NCBI RefSeq assembly: GCF_001447785.1
Contig: NW_015162474.1
Coordinates: 1,428,417 to 1,492,416 of the forward strand
Direction: 5' to 3'
Length of the DNA: 64,000 bases
From: Gekko japonicus
Lineage: Eukaryota
Shown piece by piece: positions 25,994 through 38,647 of this stretch. The notes beneath the pieces were generated by a model. That model was given only the letters and a program-made list of their open reading frames with translations, was not told the DNA's origin and searched no databases. The translations under genes and the position numbers were made by a program. Each line of letters begins with the position of its first letter. Position 1 is the first letter of the stretch.

Positions 25994-26409
25994 TCACATT
26001 CTTGGTATGCAATTATTTTGAGTGAACTATTTGGATTTAAGGGTTGGACAGTGGCTCAGTAGGCTAGTAATGCCGCATTCGATCACTGGCATTTCCATCA
26101 CTAGGCTTTTATATTAATGTTTTCATTTCCAGTATCACCTCCTTTTCCAGTGTCAATGGAAGAAAAATGGCTAGAGTCAAAACGGCGGGGGGTGTCTTTG
26201 GGATGTGCTACAGAAAGGGATCACTGGGATGTTCTGTGTGAGAACAATAAGAGGTTAAAAGGGTTGAGAAACAGTGATGCCTTGTGATGGAAGGTTTTAA
26301 AAATGAAGGAAAAGCCACAACACCCACATGAAACAGTGATATACAGACATGGAATAGTCTGTGTTACAAAATGGGATTAGGACTAATCCCAGTATAGGAA
26401 CAATCCAAA

Positions 26410-27040
26410 CTGTACAGTTCTGGTTACCACACCTCAAAAAGGATATTATAGCATTGGAAAAAGTGCAGAAAAGGGCAACTAGAATGATAAAAGGATTGGA
26501 ACACTTTCCCTATGAAGAAAGGTTAAAGCGCTTAGGGCTTTTTAGCTTGGAGAAATGACGGCTGAGGGGTGACATTACACATGGGATAGAGCAAGTAGTG
26601 AAAGAGGTACTTTTCTCCCTTTCTCACAATACAAGAACTTGTGAGCACTCAATGAAATTGCTGAGCGGTCGGGTTAGAACAGATAAAAGGAAGTACTTCT
26701 TCACCCAAAGAGTGATTAACACATGGAATTCACTGCCACAGGAGGTGGTGGCGGTTACAAGCATGGACGTCTTCAAGAGGGAATTAGATAAACATATGGT
26801 GCAGAGGACTATCAGTAGCTATTAGCCACAAGGTATAGATAGGAACTCTCAGTCTGGGGCAAGTGAGGCACTGTATTCTTGGTGCTTGGGGGGGAGGAAT
26901 CAGTGGGAGAGCTTCTAGTGTCCTGGCCCCACTGCTGGACCTCCTGATGGCACCTGGTATTTTTGGCCACTGTGTGACAGAGTGTTGGACTGGATGGGCC
27001 ATTGGCCTGATCCAACATTGGCTTATGTTCTTATGTTCTA
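26410..27040 (+). mobile_element. CR1 LINE 3' end
   Basis: [33 protein letters not shown] and FFTQRVINTWNSLPQEVV; (TTCTTATG)n-type tail. Confidence 0.92.
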
Positions 27041-27607
27041 TACTGCTGTAACCACTGAACATTGTCAGCAGTATAGTGGGGTCAATTAGGCATTCCCTTG
27101 TTCATTCTGTAACAACAAAATTAATCAATGTAGAGTATTTTCAATTAAAATAACAGCTGAATATTTTATCAGATTACAAATGCATACCTCAAACGGCAAA
27201 ACAATGGCAAAAAATTCAAAGGCAGACTTAAGATTGCATAAAAATGTGATTTATTTTTCTTCAATACAATTTAACTTCTTTTGCAGTTTAAAAACCAACA
27301 AATAGTTGGACAGCAAATTCTTAACAGTCACCTAAAGGCTGGAAAGAAAGGTAATATAATGAAAGGATTAAAAGTATATATATGGAAGGTTTTGATAAAC
27401 CACATGTTGAGGCAAGATTAGGCCTCTTACGTCACATATGTGATCCCTCTTACCTTGTGAAGATATTAGTGTCCAGAAACTCAACACTGTACAGATTGAT
27501 CTTTGGGCCACAAGCTTAGAAAGCCATTAGAAAAATAAAACTCAAACCCCATTTAATTAACCTATAATTTAGTATCTATGCAGTTTAAGGTATTCAAGAT
27601 GCTAGGC

Positions 27608-27890
27608 CAGGGGTCCCCAACCTTTTTGAGGTTGTGGGCACCTTTGGACTTCTGACACAGCATGGTGGGTATAGTCACAAAATGACTGCTGGAGGCAGAG
27701 CCAGCCAAAGTGGTGCTGCAGCTTACTTTCAGCCACACAAATCTTTGTGCTGTAGTGGCAGCTGCTGACAAAGCAACTTTTTAAAAATCTGCACAGCCAA
27801 TCAGATCTCCAACAGCCTATCAGAAACCTTGCAGGTGGGAAAAAAAACACTTGGTGTGAGCCCACCATGTCACCACATTGGGGACCCCTG
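27608..27890. mobile_element. hAT MITE in the distal CPSF6 3'UTR region
   Basis: TIRs CAGGGGTCCCCAA / TTGGGGACCCCTG; 8-bp TSD TGCTAGGC / TACTAGGC. Confidence 0.9.
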
Positions 27891-30800
27891 TACTAGGCAA
27901 TACAGTAAAAATCTAACCAAGATCACGTGAACACCTTTCTAAGGGAAAGTTGCTTGGTCCATGGGCATTCTGCATAAATTTTTTAACAAAAAGGATAGAA
28001 AATATTTTAAACTGAATCTTGCAATCAGTAAATGCAATCACTTCCATTAGGTTTAGAAAGTCAAACTATTAAAGAAAATATTAAGCAGGTCTCTTCAGTT
28101 ACGCCAAACCCATCAAGGTAGAATGCAAGCCTTTTACTGCTTTGACTCAGTATCACTGTACAAAAATAACTTCCACAGAAGTTAATTATATACAGTATAC
28201 CTCCTTCAGTAGTGATTGAGGTTAGTTTGTTTCAGCCAGAGCTTTCAAAGATGATGCTTAATATCTACAAATGATCCTGCAGAGAGGAAATTATTTGCTA
28301 TGATTTGCAGTCATTTTATGAAGGAAGAAAAAACAAGAAATGCTCAAAACTGAGCAGAATCACTAGCATTCAGCATTAAAGGCAAACACTCTGAATGTAG
28401 AATGTGCATCTGGATCAGTTTTTCAGTTCAAAAACTGGATTACCAGGGTGGGAAAGTAAATATGCAGGCTGTAAAGACAAAAGGGGTATTTGGTTTTACA
28501 TCCTCCGGGTTTACAATTGGATCTTAAGCATGCAAAAAAAAAAAGTCATCATTAAAACTTTTTAAAAAGCATATGCTACATGTGTTACATGGACACAATG
28601 GCATATATTCAACGAACCAACGACTTCAAGGAGAGAAACCAGCTTAAGATGAAATGCAGAAATCAACTTGTGCACATAGATTTTTCAGACCCATGGCTGT
28701 GATTGTCCCAATACTATGTTAAAAAAAAATAAAAAATAAGATCTTCTTAATGTGCTTGTAAAAATACCTTAAGTTCCTCTTAGAAATCAATATTGCTGCT
28801 GCTCACCCCATCAGGAATTTTTAATGTTTTTATTTCAAGAACTCTACAGTTTTTTCTACTGACTTCCTTCCAAGACTTTATTTCACAAACAATTGAAATC
28901 TTATTAAAATGTACATTTTACAGAGGATGCTTTAATGTTAAAAGCTGCATTTTAAGGCTGTCTGTTCTGTACAGCGTTCTACACCAGCCAAGTAAACAAT
29001 GTGACTAAGAGCCTGTATATAAAACTTGGAAAGTATGGTTACTGTACATGAGTGAAAAAATGAAGTAGTCCAGTATTTACATGGCATTTTAAAAACTGAA
29101 GTCAACACATACAACATTAAAAACCTGCAGTACTTATCTGATGGGGACTTGAGTATGCATCTTAGTACAGAGACTTGGCATAAAGTTATCTAACACCGAA
29201 CCTCAGCAGTTCCAAACTAATCATAATTCCCACTCAAGATCACTCCAAACATAAATTATCATGTAAGAAATGGACAATGTAACATTCATTTAGGAGGCCA
29301 TCAGCTTTGAGGTGTAGTGTAACACAGCAAGTTATTAGTAAAACAGTTAAAAATGGGAATGAAAGCAGAAGGCAGCACACCCTTCTCTAGTAATCAATTT
29401 GAAACTGCTTTTTCCCCTAGAAACACCCCAGCAATTAGTATCATAACTTAATATAGAATTAAAAAAACACAACAGCCCATAAAATGCTATTATTTTTACT
29501 TATGAATACCTATATACAGCACTATTGGATACTTTCTTGCAAGTTATTGCCCCTAACAGAAGCAAATTAAATACAATTTATCAACATACAATTCAGTAGC
29601 AGCCAAGGTATTTCCCAGATTTTAGTTTATTGTCTCATGTATGTCTGATATTGTCTCATGTATGTCTGAGTTCTCCTAATGGAACTCAGGAAATTTCTTA
29701 GCAATGTTTACTAGTTTGGAGGTATTAAGATTTTTTTCAAGACCTAATCATAAGTGGAATGCCTTCTTCTGACATTTTCTTCTCTGTGCTTAAAAAATCT
29801 TTGGACTTTAAAAAAGTATTGAAAAACATCATTCCAAAGACAGCTAATCAGGATTACTTAGTACTATACTTGTTATAAAAGTTCAGCCTGCAAATATCAA
29901 AAAACTACCAAAAATCATTTATAAGATTTTTTGGGCAGACCCATTGCCAGCAATGGTAAATCTCTTGAAGAGAAAATGTAGAATAATTTGTAGCCAAAAG
30001 TATCTCCCTTGTTCAGTGCTAACATGTAAGTTACAGAAAACTAAATTATGGTTTAAATTTTTAATTTTGGTTCCTGAATATTTGAAGCTATTGTCCAAAT
30101 AAAAACTTCACTCCATATACACATCTAACTTACCTCTAGTTTCTTCAGGTTTTAGCACCTTAATCCAGGTTCTTTTGCCATCACACACACACCCAGCAAT
30201 AATCAGAAGCAATACCACAGTGGACTTCTCAAAGTTGGGACAATCACCTAGTCTAAATGGATAAACAATTCCAGGACATTTCATCTATGTCCTATTTGCT
30301 GATTATCTTGAGTAATTCCAATTACTCTAGGGACCTCTGCAGTCCCAGCCACCTGTTACAAAGAAGAAATGCTTAAACATGCATCATCATTTATCCCAGG
30401 GTAAAAAAAATAGGTGAACCACGAGTTCCTGATTTTGTCTTTGATTCATTTCAGCTTCCGGACATCCTTCAGTGCATAAACAGGCCAGAGGCTAAAGTGA
30501 GTTCAGGAATTTTCATCCTTATTTAGCAAATTGCAAAATCCATCCCCAAACAGAATTCTTACAAGAAGTTAATCTTCACATTCTAAGAGTGATAAATCAA
30601 CATAACCTATTCACAAAGCAGGACTGGACTCCAAGCATACAAAAATCAAAAAGCAGTTTCATATTAAAAGGTTAATCATTTAAGATGTTCAAATACTGAA
30701 CAATTCACACACCAGGTACACAATTCAGGAAAACACAATGGTCAGAAACTGGGTAAACCAACTGAATTGCCTGAGCTGTGGGGGAGGGGGGGGGGAAGGC

Positions 30801-31099
30801 TGATAATTGCAATTATAGAAGCCTTTAGTTGTATAAGAGACACAGCCTTCTGAGAGCAATTTGAGGGTTCCCAACTGTAGCAAAAGCATGCACTCAGGGT
30901 CATTTTACACATTATGGCCTGGGTCCAATGATGGAAAGAAGCGGGAGACCCCTTTGAAAACTGGAAGAGGTACACAGTACCAGAGGTTACAAAAAGGTAC
31001 AATGCCATGGAGTGGTTGAATAATCTGCATCCGACTATTACATTACATTTTCACATGCCTGTGACCCCTGCCAGATTTGTTTCCTAGATACACGTGTTT

Positions 31100-32010
31100 A
31101 TGTGTATGAAGGATGATTACAAGTTATGCCGTATATGAAACCTACAGATATGAATTCTATGCAAGTTTTCATCCACCATGGTTAATTAGAAATCTTCCTT
31201 ACAGCTCCTTTTTACACATTAAATGCAGCACTACATCTGCCTCTGTGTATTGTGCTGAAGTGGAGACCTTAGTTCAGAAATTTCAATGTGGATAGCCTAT
31301 CAGAGTTGTTACATCAGCTAGGAACCATGCCAACAGTAAACCTAGGAAGTATTTATTTACACATCATTCCAAGTGTAATGACGATAGTTTAGTATTTTTT
31401 TCATTGCAATTTTCTCCACTTGCCTTGCAGATTAAGACTATCATTACTAGACACTAGCATTCCATCTTGTGAAACAAAATTTATTATTAGATTTAAGAAA
31501 TCTCAGTCTATTAAGGATCTACTTGTACAAGCTGGTCCTAAAACTGCAAACACTATGCCTATTTTGAAGGGTCATTACAAATGTAATGGATCTGCTGACT
31601 GTGTGCAGGCAATTCAAACAAAAACTTTTATTCATCCTTCCACTAAAAAGGTTTTTGCATTAAACCATTTTTCTAATTGTTTATCCTCCTGTGTTTATAT
31701 TCTAATCTGCCCTGTAATCTCTTATATGTACTTTGAGAAACAGATTCTCTACATGTCCTTTGAGAAACAGTTTCTCTGAACACTATAGCAAGATCAGGAA
31801 TTGCAATCTTCATGCTTCTTTCCATTTTATGGAAAGGCATAATCAACCCACTGATTTTAAATTTTTGGTTACTGACAAGATACAACCTAGGCCCTATCGA
31901 TCTCAAAACACAGATAAATAATGATTAGAGAGATTTTTACTTTGAACTCACTATCTCCACATGGCCGTAATGACCATTTGGATTTGTCTGCTTTTGTATA
32001 ATTTGGGACA
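31100..32010 (+). mobile_element. Penelope-like element, RT C-terminus plus GIY-YIG endonuclease, degenerate
   Basis: SFHPPWLIRNLPYS, KKSQSIKDLLV, GHYKC..C, FSNCLSSCVYILICP, SEHYSKIR..HFMERH, ending LSPHGRN. Confidence 0.82.
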
Positions 32011-32634
32011 TTGCATTTAGTTGGGTTCTTCCTCATATCAACCTGTGTCAATGGGATATGTTATCTTTGTAGGTTCTGCTGGCCCTTTAAGGGTGGACCC
32101 CCAACCCATATATAAGTTTGGCTGATGCAACTGGCTCTTACTTATGGCCTCATTGTTATCAAGGCTGCATATGCAAATTTGAATCCGTGGCTTTATGGAC
32201 TCATATAGCAAGTTCCTTAACTTTTCCTGGTTTTTTCATATATTTCTTTTTTTGTATATGTAATCCCATTAACTGGTCTCTATTTTACTTTGTTACAGAT
32301 TTTTATTTCATGCATAGTAATTACTTTTCTAATGACTGATAGAAACAGGAAGTTTCATAATTCTTTTGGTGGAATGTGTAAACATGTATATAGCACTTCG
32401 GTTGTAACTGTTGGTTTTCTGTTTCTTACAGATTAACAAGGCCACATACTAGATATAGCAAAGTAGTTCTGAAGAAGATATCAAAACAGGACAATCAGTC
32501 TGTGAACCGTCACTGCTTATATTGTTCATACACTGACTGCTTACGTTGTTTATACATTGACCTGCTTCACTGTTAACACTTTCTGCTATTTTTCACAGAA
32601 GTTATCGTTGATTTACAAACTTGTATTCTAGAAT

Positions 32635-32962
32635 ACAAATTTTGGATTTTTTGCTGTAACTGTTATTAATACAGACCAAGGTGGGCAGCCGTGTTGGTCT
32701 GAAGCAATGCAACAAAGTTAGAGTCCAGTGGGGCACCTTTAAGACAAACAAATTTTTATTCAAGATGTGAGCTTTCATGTGCATGCACACTTCCTCAGAT
32801 AATGAAATGGAATTACATATCATGGTTGTATATATAGGGGTGGCTTGTTAAATTACATGCAAAATAGTGAAAATATTTTAAACAGCTCAAAAGAATGACA
32901 CGCTCGGTTCTTTGAATAAAAATTTCTTGGTCTTAAAGGTGCCACTGGACTCTAACTTTGTT
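32635..32962. repeat. Short Penelope-derived pLTR repeat with inverted ends and a hammerhead-like core
   Basis: GTGGGCAGCCGTGTTGGTCTGAAG..GAGTCCAGTGG..CACCTTTAAGAC, with its inverse at 32925-32960; same family at 3720-3796, 15357-15480, 15687-15955, 16130-16217, 18040-18120 and 21006-21085. Confidence 0.7.
32766..32803 (-). ncRNA. Minimal hammerhead ribozyme-like motif, sense to CPSF6
   Basis: Minus strand TAT-CTGAGGA-A-GTGTGCATGCACAT-GAAA-GCTC-ACA. Confidence 0.5.
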
Positions 32963-35900
32963 ATTCATACAAACAAGCTCTGTGCCTTTTTGCAATCTCT
33001 GGTACTGTGTATCTCTTCTTTTCCTGGGTCCAGTGATGTCATAGCATGAGTGGAAAGCTCTTCCATGTGCATATGAAAAGGATGTGTGTCTGTGTTCCCT
33101 GTGTCTCTAGCCACTGCCCTCAGCTGCAGACACCTGCACTGCCCTAAACATCATGAGGAGGGTTTCCCAGCTCTCAAGGGTGAGCTTTTTGGGAGCTGCA
33201 AGGGCTACAGTTAGAAGGAGAGAACCCTCATTTCACAAGCATAACTCTGTTTACAGTTCTTAAGGAACCTAACCTACTGTTTCTAGTTACACACTTAAAT
33301 AGGTTTTGAAGACTGTGACTGAGACAAATGTTTTGTGGAAACACATCTATCATAAACTTGCAAAGAAGGTGGGATTGGTTACAGTTCCCTGTCAAGTATA
33401 CTTAATAGCAAACTCAAGTTTTGTGCAACAAAGTTTATGAAATGCCTTCCTTCATGTCTTGAGTAAATATTACGTACCTCAGTTGTTTTTACAGACCATG
33501 ATTATTCATTTAAAGTTAACTCTAAACTGTAGATTCAGTTCCTGTAACTATATGAATTGTAGAGAAATAATTTTTTTTATAAACTGATGCCTTGAAATAA
33601 TTATAAAACTTTTTTGTACTAGCAAAACCTGGGAATTTTTGAAAGCATTTTTCCAATGAGTACATTTCAATTAGTTTGCAAACAAGCAACTTTTTAATCA
33701 AATATATGGTATTAACTGTCCATAATTTAGAAGCCAGAAGGTTTTCTTTAGTTATGTTATGGCATAGAACAGACATTTCACCCAACTTTTAACAATCTAT
33801 TTAGGAAAAACCTGCAAAATCCCAACCACTAAAAGCATCATGTCTTCGTGTGTTAAGGAGCACATTCAAAATCTATTTTTCCCTTACACAGTTGTGAGTG
33901 CTAGTTTTGTACCTAAACAAAAACTAAGCCTATTAGAAATCTTGATTATTTTTTTTTAAAAAAAGGGGGGGGGACATTTGTTTTTTTCGGTCATTTTTAC
34001 CAATGTATAATTATATACAAATTTGCCTGTGACAGCAGGTAAAGCACTGGGAAATGTGTAAAACACTGCCGCATCATTTGCAAATGGCCAATTATTTTTC
34101 CAACTGTATGTTTGAATGAACTTTTTAGTGTTGCATATTGTAATAAACAGGCAGCTGCATACTAGAACTCAATTTCAGACTTCAGTTCCTTGAAAGAAAG
34201 TTCAGTCCATTTGGATTAGAAAATGTTAATCTACAGTTTTTACAGTTTCACACACTTTTCAGTGAATTCACAAGCCATCTATGCAAGAAAACTACATTTT
34301 TTTTAAAAAAAGGAACTACTACTCTAGTAGGTGTTGGACACAAATGCCAGTTATTCTGATACAATAGGTTGATGCATATGCAAAAAATATGCAATGTTTT
34401 GTTAGAGACAACACCATTAAATATTGCTGAACACAAGACACTCCCTGAGGTGTAAACATCAAATAACTTGAACAGCTTTACACATCAGCCCCATTAAACA
34501 GTTTATTACAACACTACATCTACTGTAATCAATTTGGTGCTCTTTACAGACATTATCATATGAACATTTAAACAAGAACCAACTACTATAAAAACAAGCA
34601 TTTACTTGACTTTTTTCCATTGCTTGCACATTTTAATTTTCAAACGTATATAACCAGTAATAAAGTTGCAAGAAGCTATACATTTTAAATCACACAGGTT
34701 CCTTCAAATAAAACAGCTAAGCAACATAAAAATGTAAGAGAGCTACTGGTTACCATGTATGCAGATTTGCCTTATTCAGATCTATTCCTGTTCATTTTAT
34801 CCATGAATCTTTACAGGCTCTGATCGATCACATGAAGCAAACTGCTGGACAAGCCTCTTTCCATGAAGTTTCTTATCTGTTGAGGTGTTCCTCTTCCATC
34901 AGCTGTAATGTGTCAAAATTTGTGATGTAGATTTTTGCTAGGTCCCACAGTAAGCAAAAATTGTTGGTTTAACTACACATATACAAATTGTGCATCTATT
35001 TCAGTGTAATGGAGTCTAACAACATAGACAAAGCATCTACTTGCCCAATAATCAAACTACAATTATTCCAGGACACTTTTAGAACCATTCATTTACAGCA
35101 GTGCAGAATACCACTTAACCACTAGAAATCACAAACATCTAATGTTCTGGGAAATAATTAACAGAACATTTTCTTTGTATTAAAAAAATCACAAAAAAAG
35201 TAAGCTAAGAATAATTTGTTACACTGTTTTCAGAAACCACATTTGGTTTTTTTAAAGTGTTTTTAAACTAAGATAACTTGAAAGAAATCAATATTACCCC
35301 CTCATCCATATAAAAACTAGAAAGTGAAATTACAGGCAATCCAGAGCTCGTTCATATGAATTTCCACAAATGTGGAACAGCGAGGGAGTTATGGCTAAAT
35401 GGTTTAGTTCATTGTATGAACAGGACTTTCAGATAGCCAGTTTCCATCTGGACAGTTTAGAAGTTGCTGTCACTCAGCTCTAATATGAACCAGCTCTAAT
35501 AATATCATTTTTTAAATTAACACCTCAGTCCTAAATACATTAATCCTTATCCAGCTGCTCCTTGCTCACAAGAGACCAACCAGTTGAGCTTCCCCATTCA
35601 TAAAAACATTATAGCAAGTGAGATCAAGAGTACGTCCACTCTTCAGTACAAGAGTAATACTGCTGAAGGAACAATTGGAGTTTCCTTCAGCATACACTTA
35701 ACATACCTGCATCTTCAAACACCTGTGTACATGTGTCAGGGATCCCAGGCACATGCACATAGTTATTTTTAAGTTGTCTATACTTAGAAATGCTTGTTTA
35801 GTTACAGCAATCACATTATTGCTTAAGGTATGGAGCCATGTAAAATGTTTAACATACAGATACAATAACTAAGCTGAAGAGGAAGGGAGAAAGATTAATT

Positions 35901-38366
35901 CTAGTCAAGTCTGCTTTTCTTTAAACATTAATTCATCCACTGGAAGAACCACCTACTCCTAAAAATTACAGGAAAAGCATAAATATTACTGGACTAACTT
36001 TACATATACACATCTTAATTTTAACTTCACTTGAAAGCAAGTTCCAGTAATTTCAATAATACTGAAATTCAAGCTTTGTAGCATTAAGCTGTTTAATGCT
36101 TAGCCTTGCAACATTAAACTGCAACTCTAAATACTCCTGCTCAGACGTTAGACACTGTGAACCCAATGGAACCTACTTTCAAGTAATGGGCCTAGAATTA
36201 AGCTGTGGAATATAACTGCAAAGCAGATGATTTTCAAAACTTTGTGAAGAATTTTGTACTCAAACTATTTGCAAAAGTACACACATCAATAAATCATTTC
36301 AAATGCAGACATACGGATGAGCAATTTCAAAACTTAAATAAGTATGCAGCTGTCATAAAGCCACTCCTAACATTGTTTAGATACGAGAATTCCTGAATTT
36401 GTTTCTTTCCCCATCACTCAATATATACATTGAGCCTGCTTCAGTGGGGAGGGCAGGGTATAAATTCAATAAATAAATAAATAAAATTATATACTATATA
36501 ACAAATGCCACCAATATGCAGGAGCAGGAAACCGGTTCATTCATTTTGATGAAGGAAGCTAGACTTCCTTTTGGCACAGCCAAATTTGCCTAAGCCCATG
36601 TAATAAGGAAGGCGCATTCTAGTCAATGGTCAATTGAGAGACAGGACTGCACCAGCACGGTTTTCTTAATGTTTCAGAGGAGTTAAATGACAGCTGCAAG
36701 ACTGCATATTAGAACCTGAAGCTTTTGAAACAGCATTTTCAACTGGCATTTACTATCTCTAAAAGGGTATTGTACAGGAAGAAAATGAATGAAAGAACCA
36801 TGATATATATTATGAATAAATAGTGGCTTTTATCCATGATAGCGCACACATATTTTTAAGGACTGCCAAGTTTAAGATTTCATTATGCAGACAGACTCCC
36901 AGAGGTTAATGAGTAGTTGAACATACATTGTTCTTTAAAACTATTTCAACATACATTGATTAGTGAATGCAGACTTGCTATTTTCTACTGTAGGGAATCT
37001 ATAAGCCCTACAACTCAGCGTTCATATTTTATGGATTGTGGTAAAATGGTGTAATGTTTGTAATAAAATGGCTATAACTATTGCTCATAAACAGAAATGT
37101 TCTGCAATGATTTATAATAACAGTTTCCTAAATACAGATGTACAAGCTTACTGCTGCTCAGTGATATCCCCCAACATTTCCATCAAAATTATTGGGATGT
37201 ATCAGTGACAACACAGTTTTAATGAAATTCTGGAGTTGGACTTCCTTATCACCTCACATACAAAAATATGCCTTCTAAAACTTGCATGATAAATCTGCAT
37301 CACATGTTCATAAACAGCAGATTTTGCAATGTGCATCTTTCTCTAGAGCAGTATGCAATTTAAAAATTGTAACATCCAAACCAGAATCTCTTTTGAATTG
37401 TCAGGATGATGTGCAACCACAGCAGTTAATTTAAGTACCTAAATAACCCTTGATACTAACCACCAAGGACTTTCAGTACAGTTTGGTAAAGATTCAGCAA
37501 CAGTCCATGACTAGGAGCAGGACCACATGCTCCCTCCCCCTCAATCTCACGCCAGTTCTCCTTCCATTCTCTATCTGCATCAGCTTCTAAGAGATCACTG
37601 TCAACCTGATTAAGCAAACCCTTTTAAGGTTCCTTCATTCACTGTCAGAATTAAATTCAGGACAAAATGAATTTAGGAACAGCCTCTGGTTGGTGATGAC
37701 AACATGTGATGCCAAACACTATTAGGCAGGGAAAATCTCTGGAAGGCCAAGGAAGATGACTCATGCAACCCTAATGTCCACCTGCAGTTCCTAAACTTCA
37801 TTACCACCTCTGAACAAAAGCTGTTTCTTTGACTTTATTCACTAACTTCTACATTTATTCGTAATTGTTAACTAAAATCCCATATAAAAACCTCTCTCAA
37901 ATGAAGCTAACATCCAAATTATACCCTTTTAGCACATCATTTAATGTTTCAATTATATTAATGCAACAATGGGTTAAAACCAAAGGAGCAGAAAGGAGGA
38001 GGGGAGTATAACTAGTCTCCACCAACTCTCTTCCCAGTTGCATACCTTTCCCCCCATCCTATACCGTTAGGGAATATCCTTTTAGAGGGCACAAGGAGAT
38101 GGGGGAGTCCTGTTTTTTTAGGAGAGGTTCTGCTGTAGATGCAAGCCAGTGCTGTGTGTCCATTTAAGTTTACTACTGTGTTTAAACATATCTAAATTCA
38201 GTTTTGCTATAAATGTGAACATTTTTCCTTTTATATGTTGTAAAATTACAATCCTGTAAATGTTCACACTGAGCCATGACAAAAACTAATGCAACTTTAT
38301 ACCCCTCTGCCCAACCATAATATTCAATGGCACTCAGTATTGGATTTTTGGAAGGGAAATACATTC

Positions 38367-38647
38367 AGCCAGTTTGGTGTAGTGGTTAAGTGAGCGGACT
38401 CTAATCTGGGAGAACAGAGTATGATTCCCCACTCCTCCACTTGCACCTGGCTGGATGACCTTGGGCAAGCCATAATTCTGGCACAGCTGTTCTTGAAAAA
38501 GAGCAGTTTCTGTCGGAGTTCTCTCAGCCCCACCTACCTCACAGGGTGTCTGTTGTGCGGAGGGGAAGGGAAAGGAGTTTGTAAGGTGCTCCAAGACTCC
38601 TTTGGGTAGTGAAGGGCGGGGTATAAATCCAATCTCTTCTCTTCTTC
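38367..38647 (+). mobile_element. tRNA-derived SINE (Squam3-like)
   Basis: A/B-box head GGTGTAGTGGTTAAG..GATTCCCC, CTCTCAGCCCCACCTACCTCACAGGGTG core, (CTT)n tail. Confidence 0.85.

Larger units (their letters stand above)
27230..34902 (-). other. CPSF6: CPSF6 non-coding terminal exon / long 3'UTR (distal end approximate; TE insertions inside)
   Basis: Acceptor cattacag|CTGATGGAAGAGG at 34902; 34500-34900 closely resembles the mammalian CPSF6 3'UTR start as recalled; AATAAA at 34502-34507 and 27250-27255 on the minus strand. Confidence 0.7.

Noticed and set aside
29629-29670. 21-bp tandem duplication (TATTGTCTCATGTATGTCTGA x2); a similar 23-bp duplication lies at about 23364-23408
   Set aside because: Ordinary slippage duplications; two units only, no spacers, not CRISPR-like
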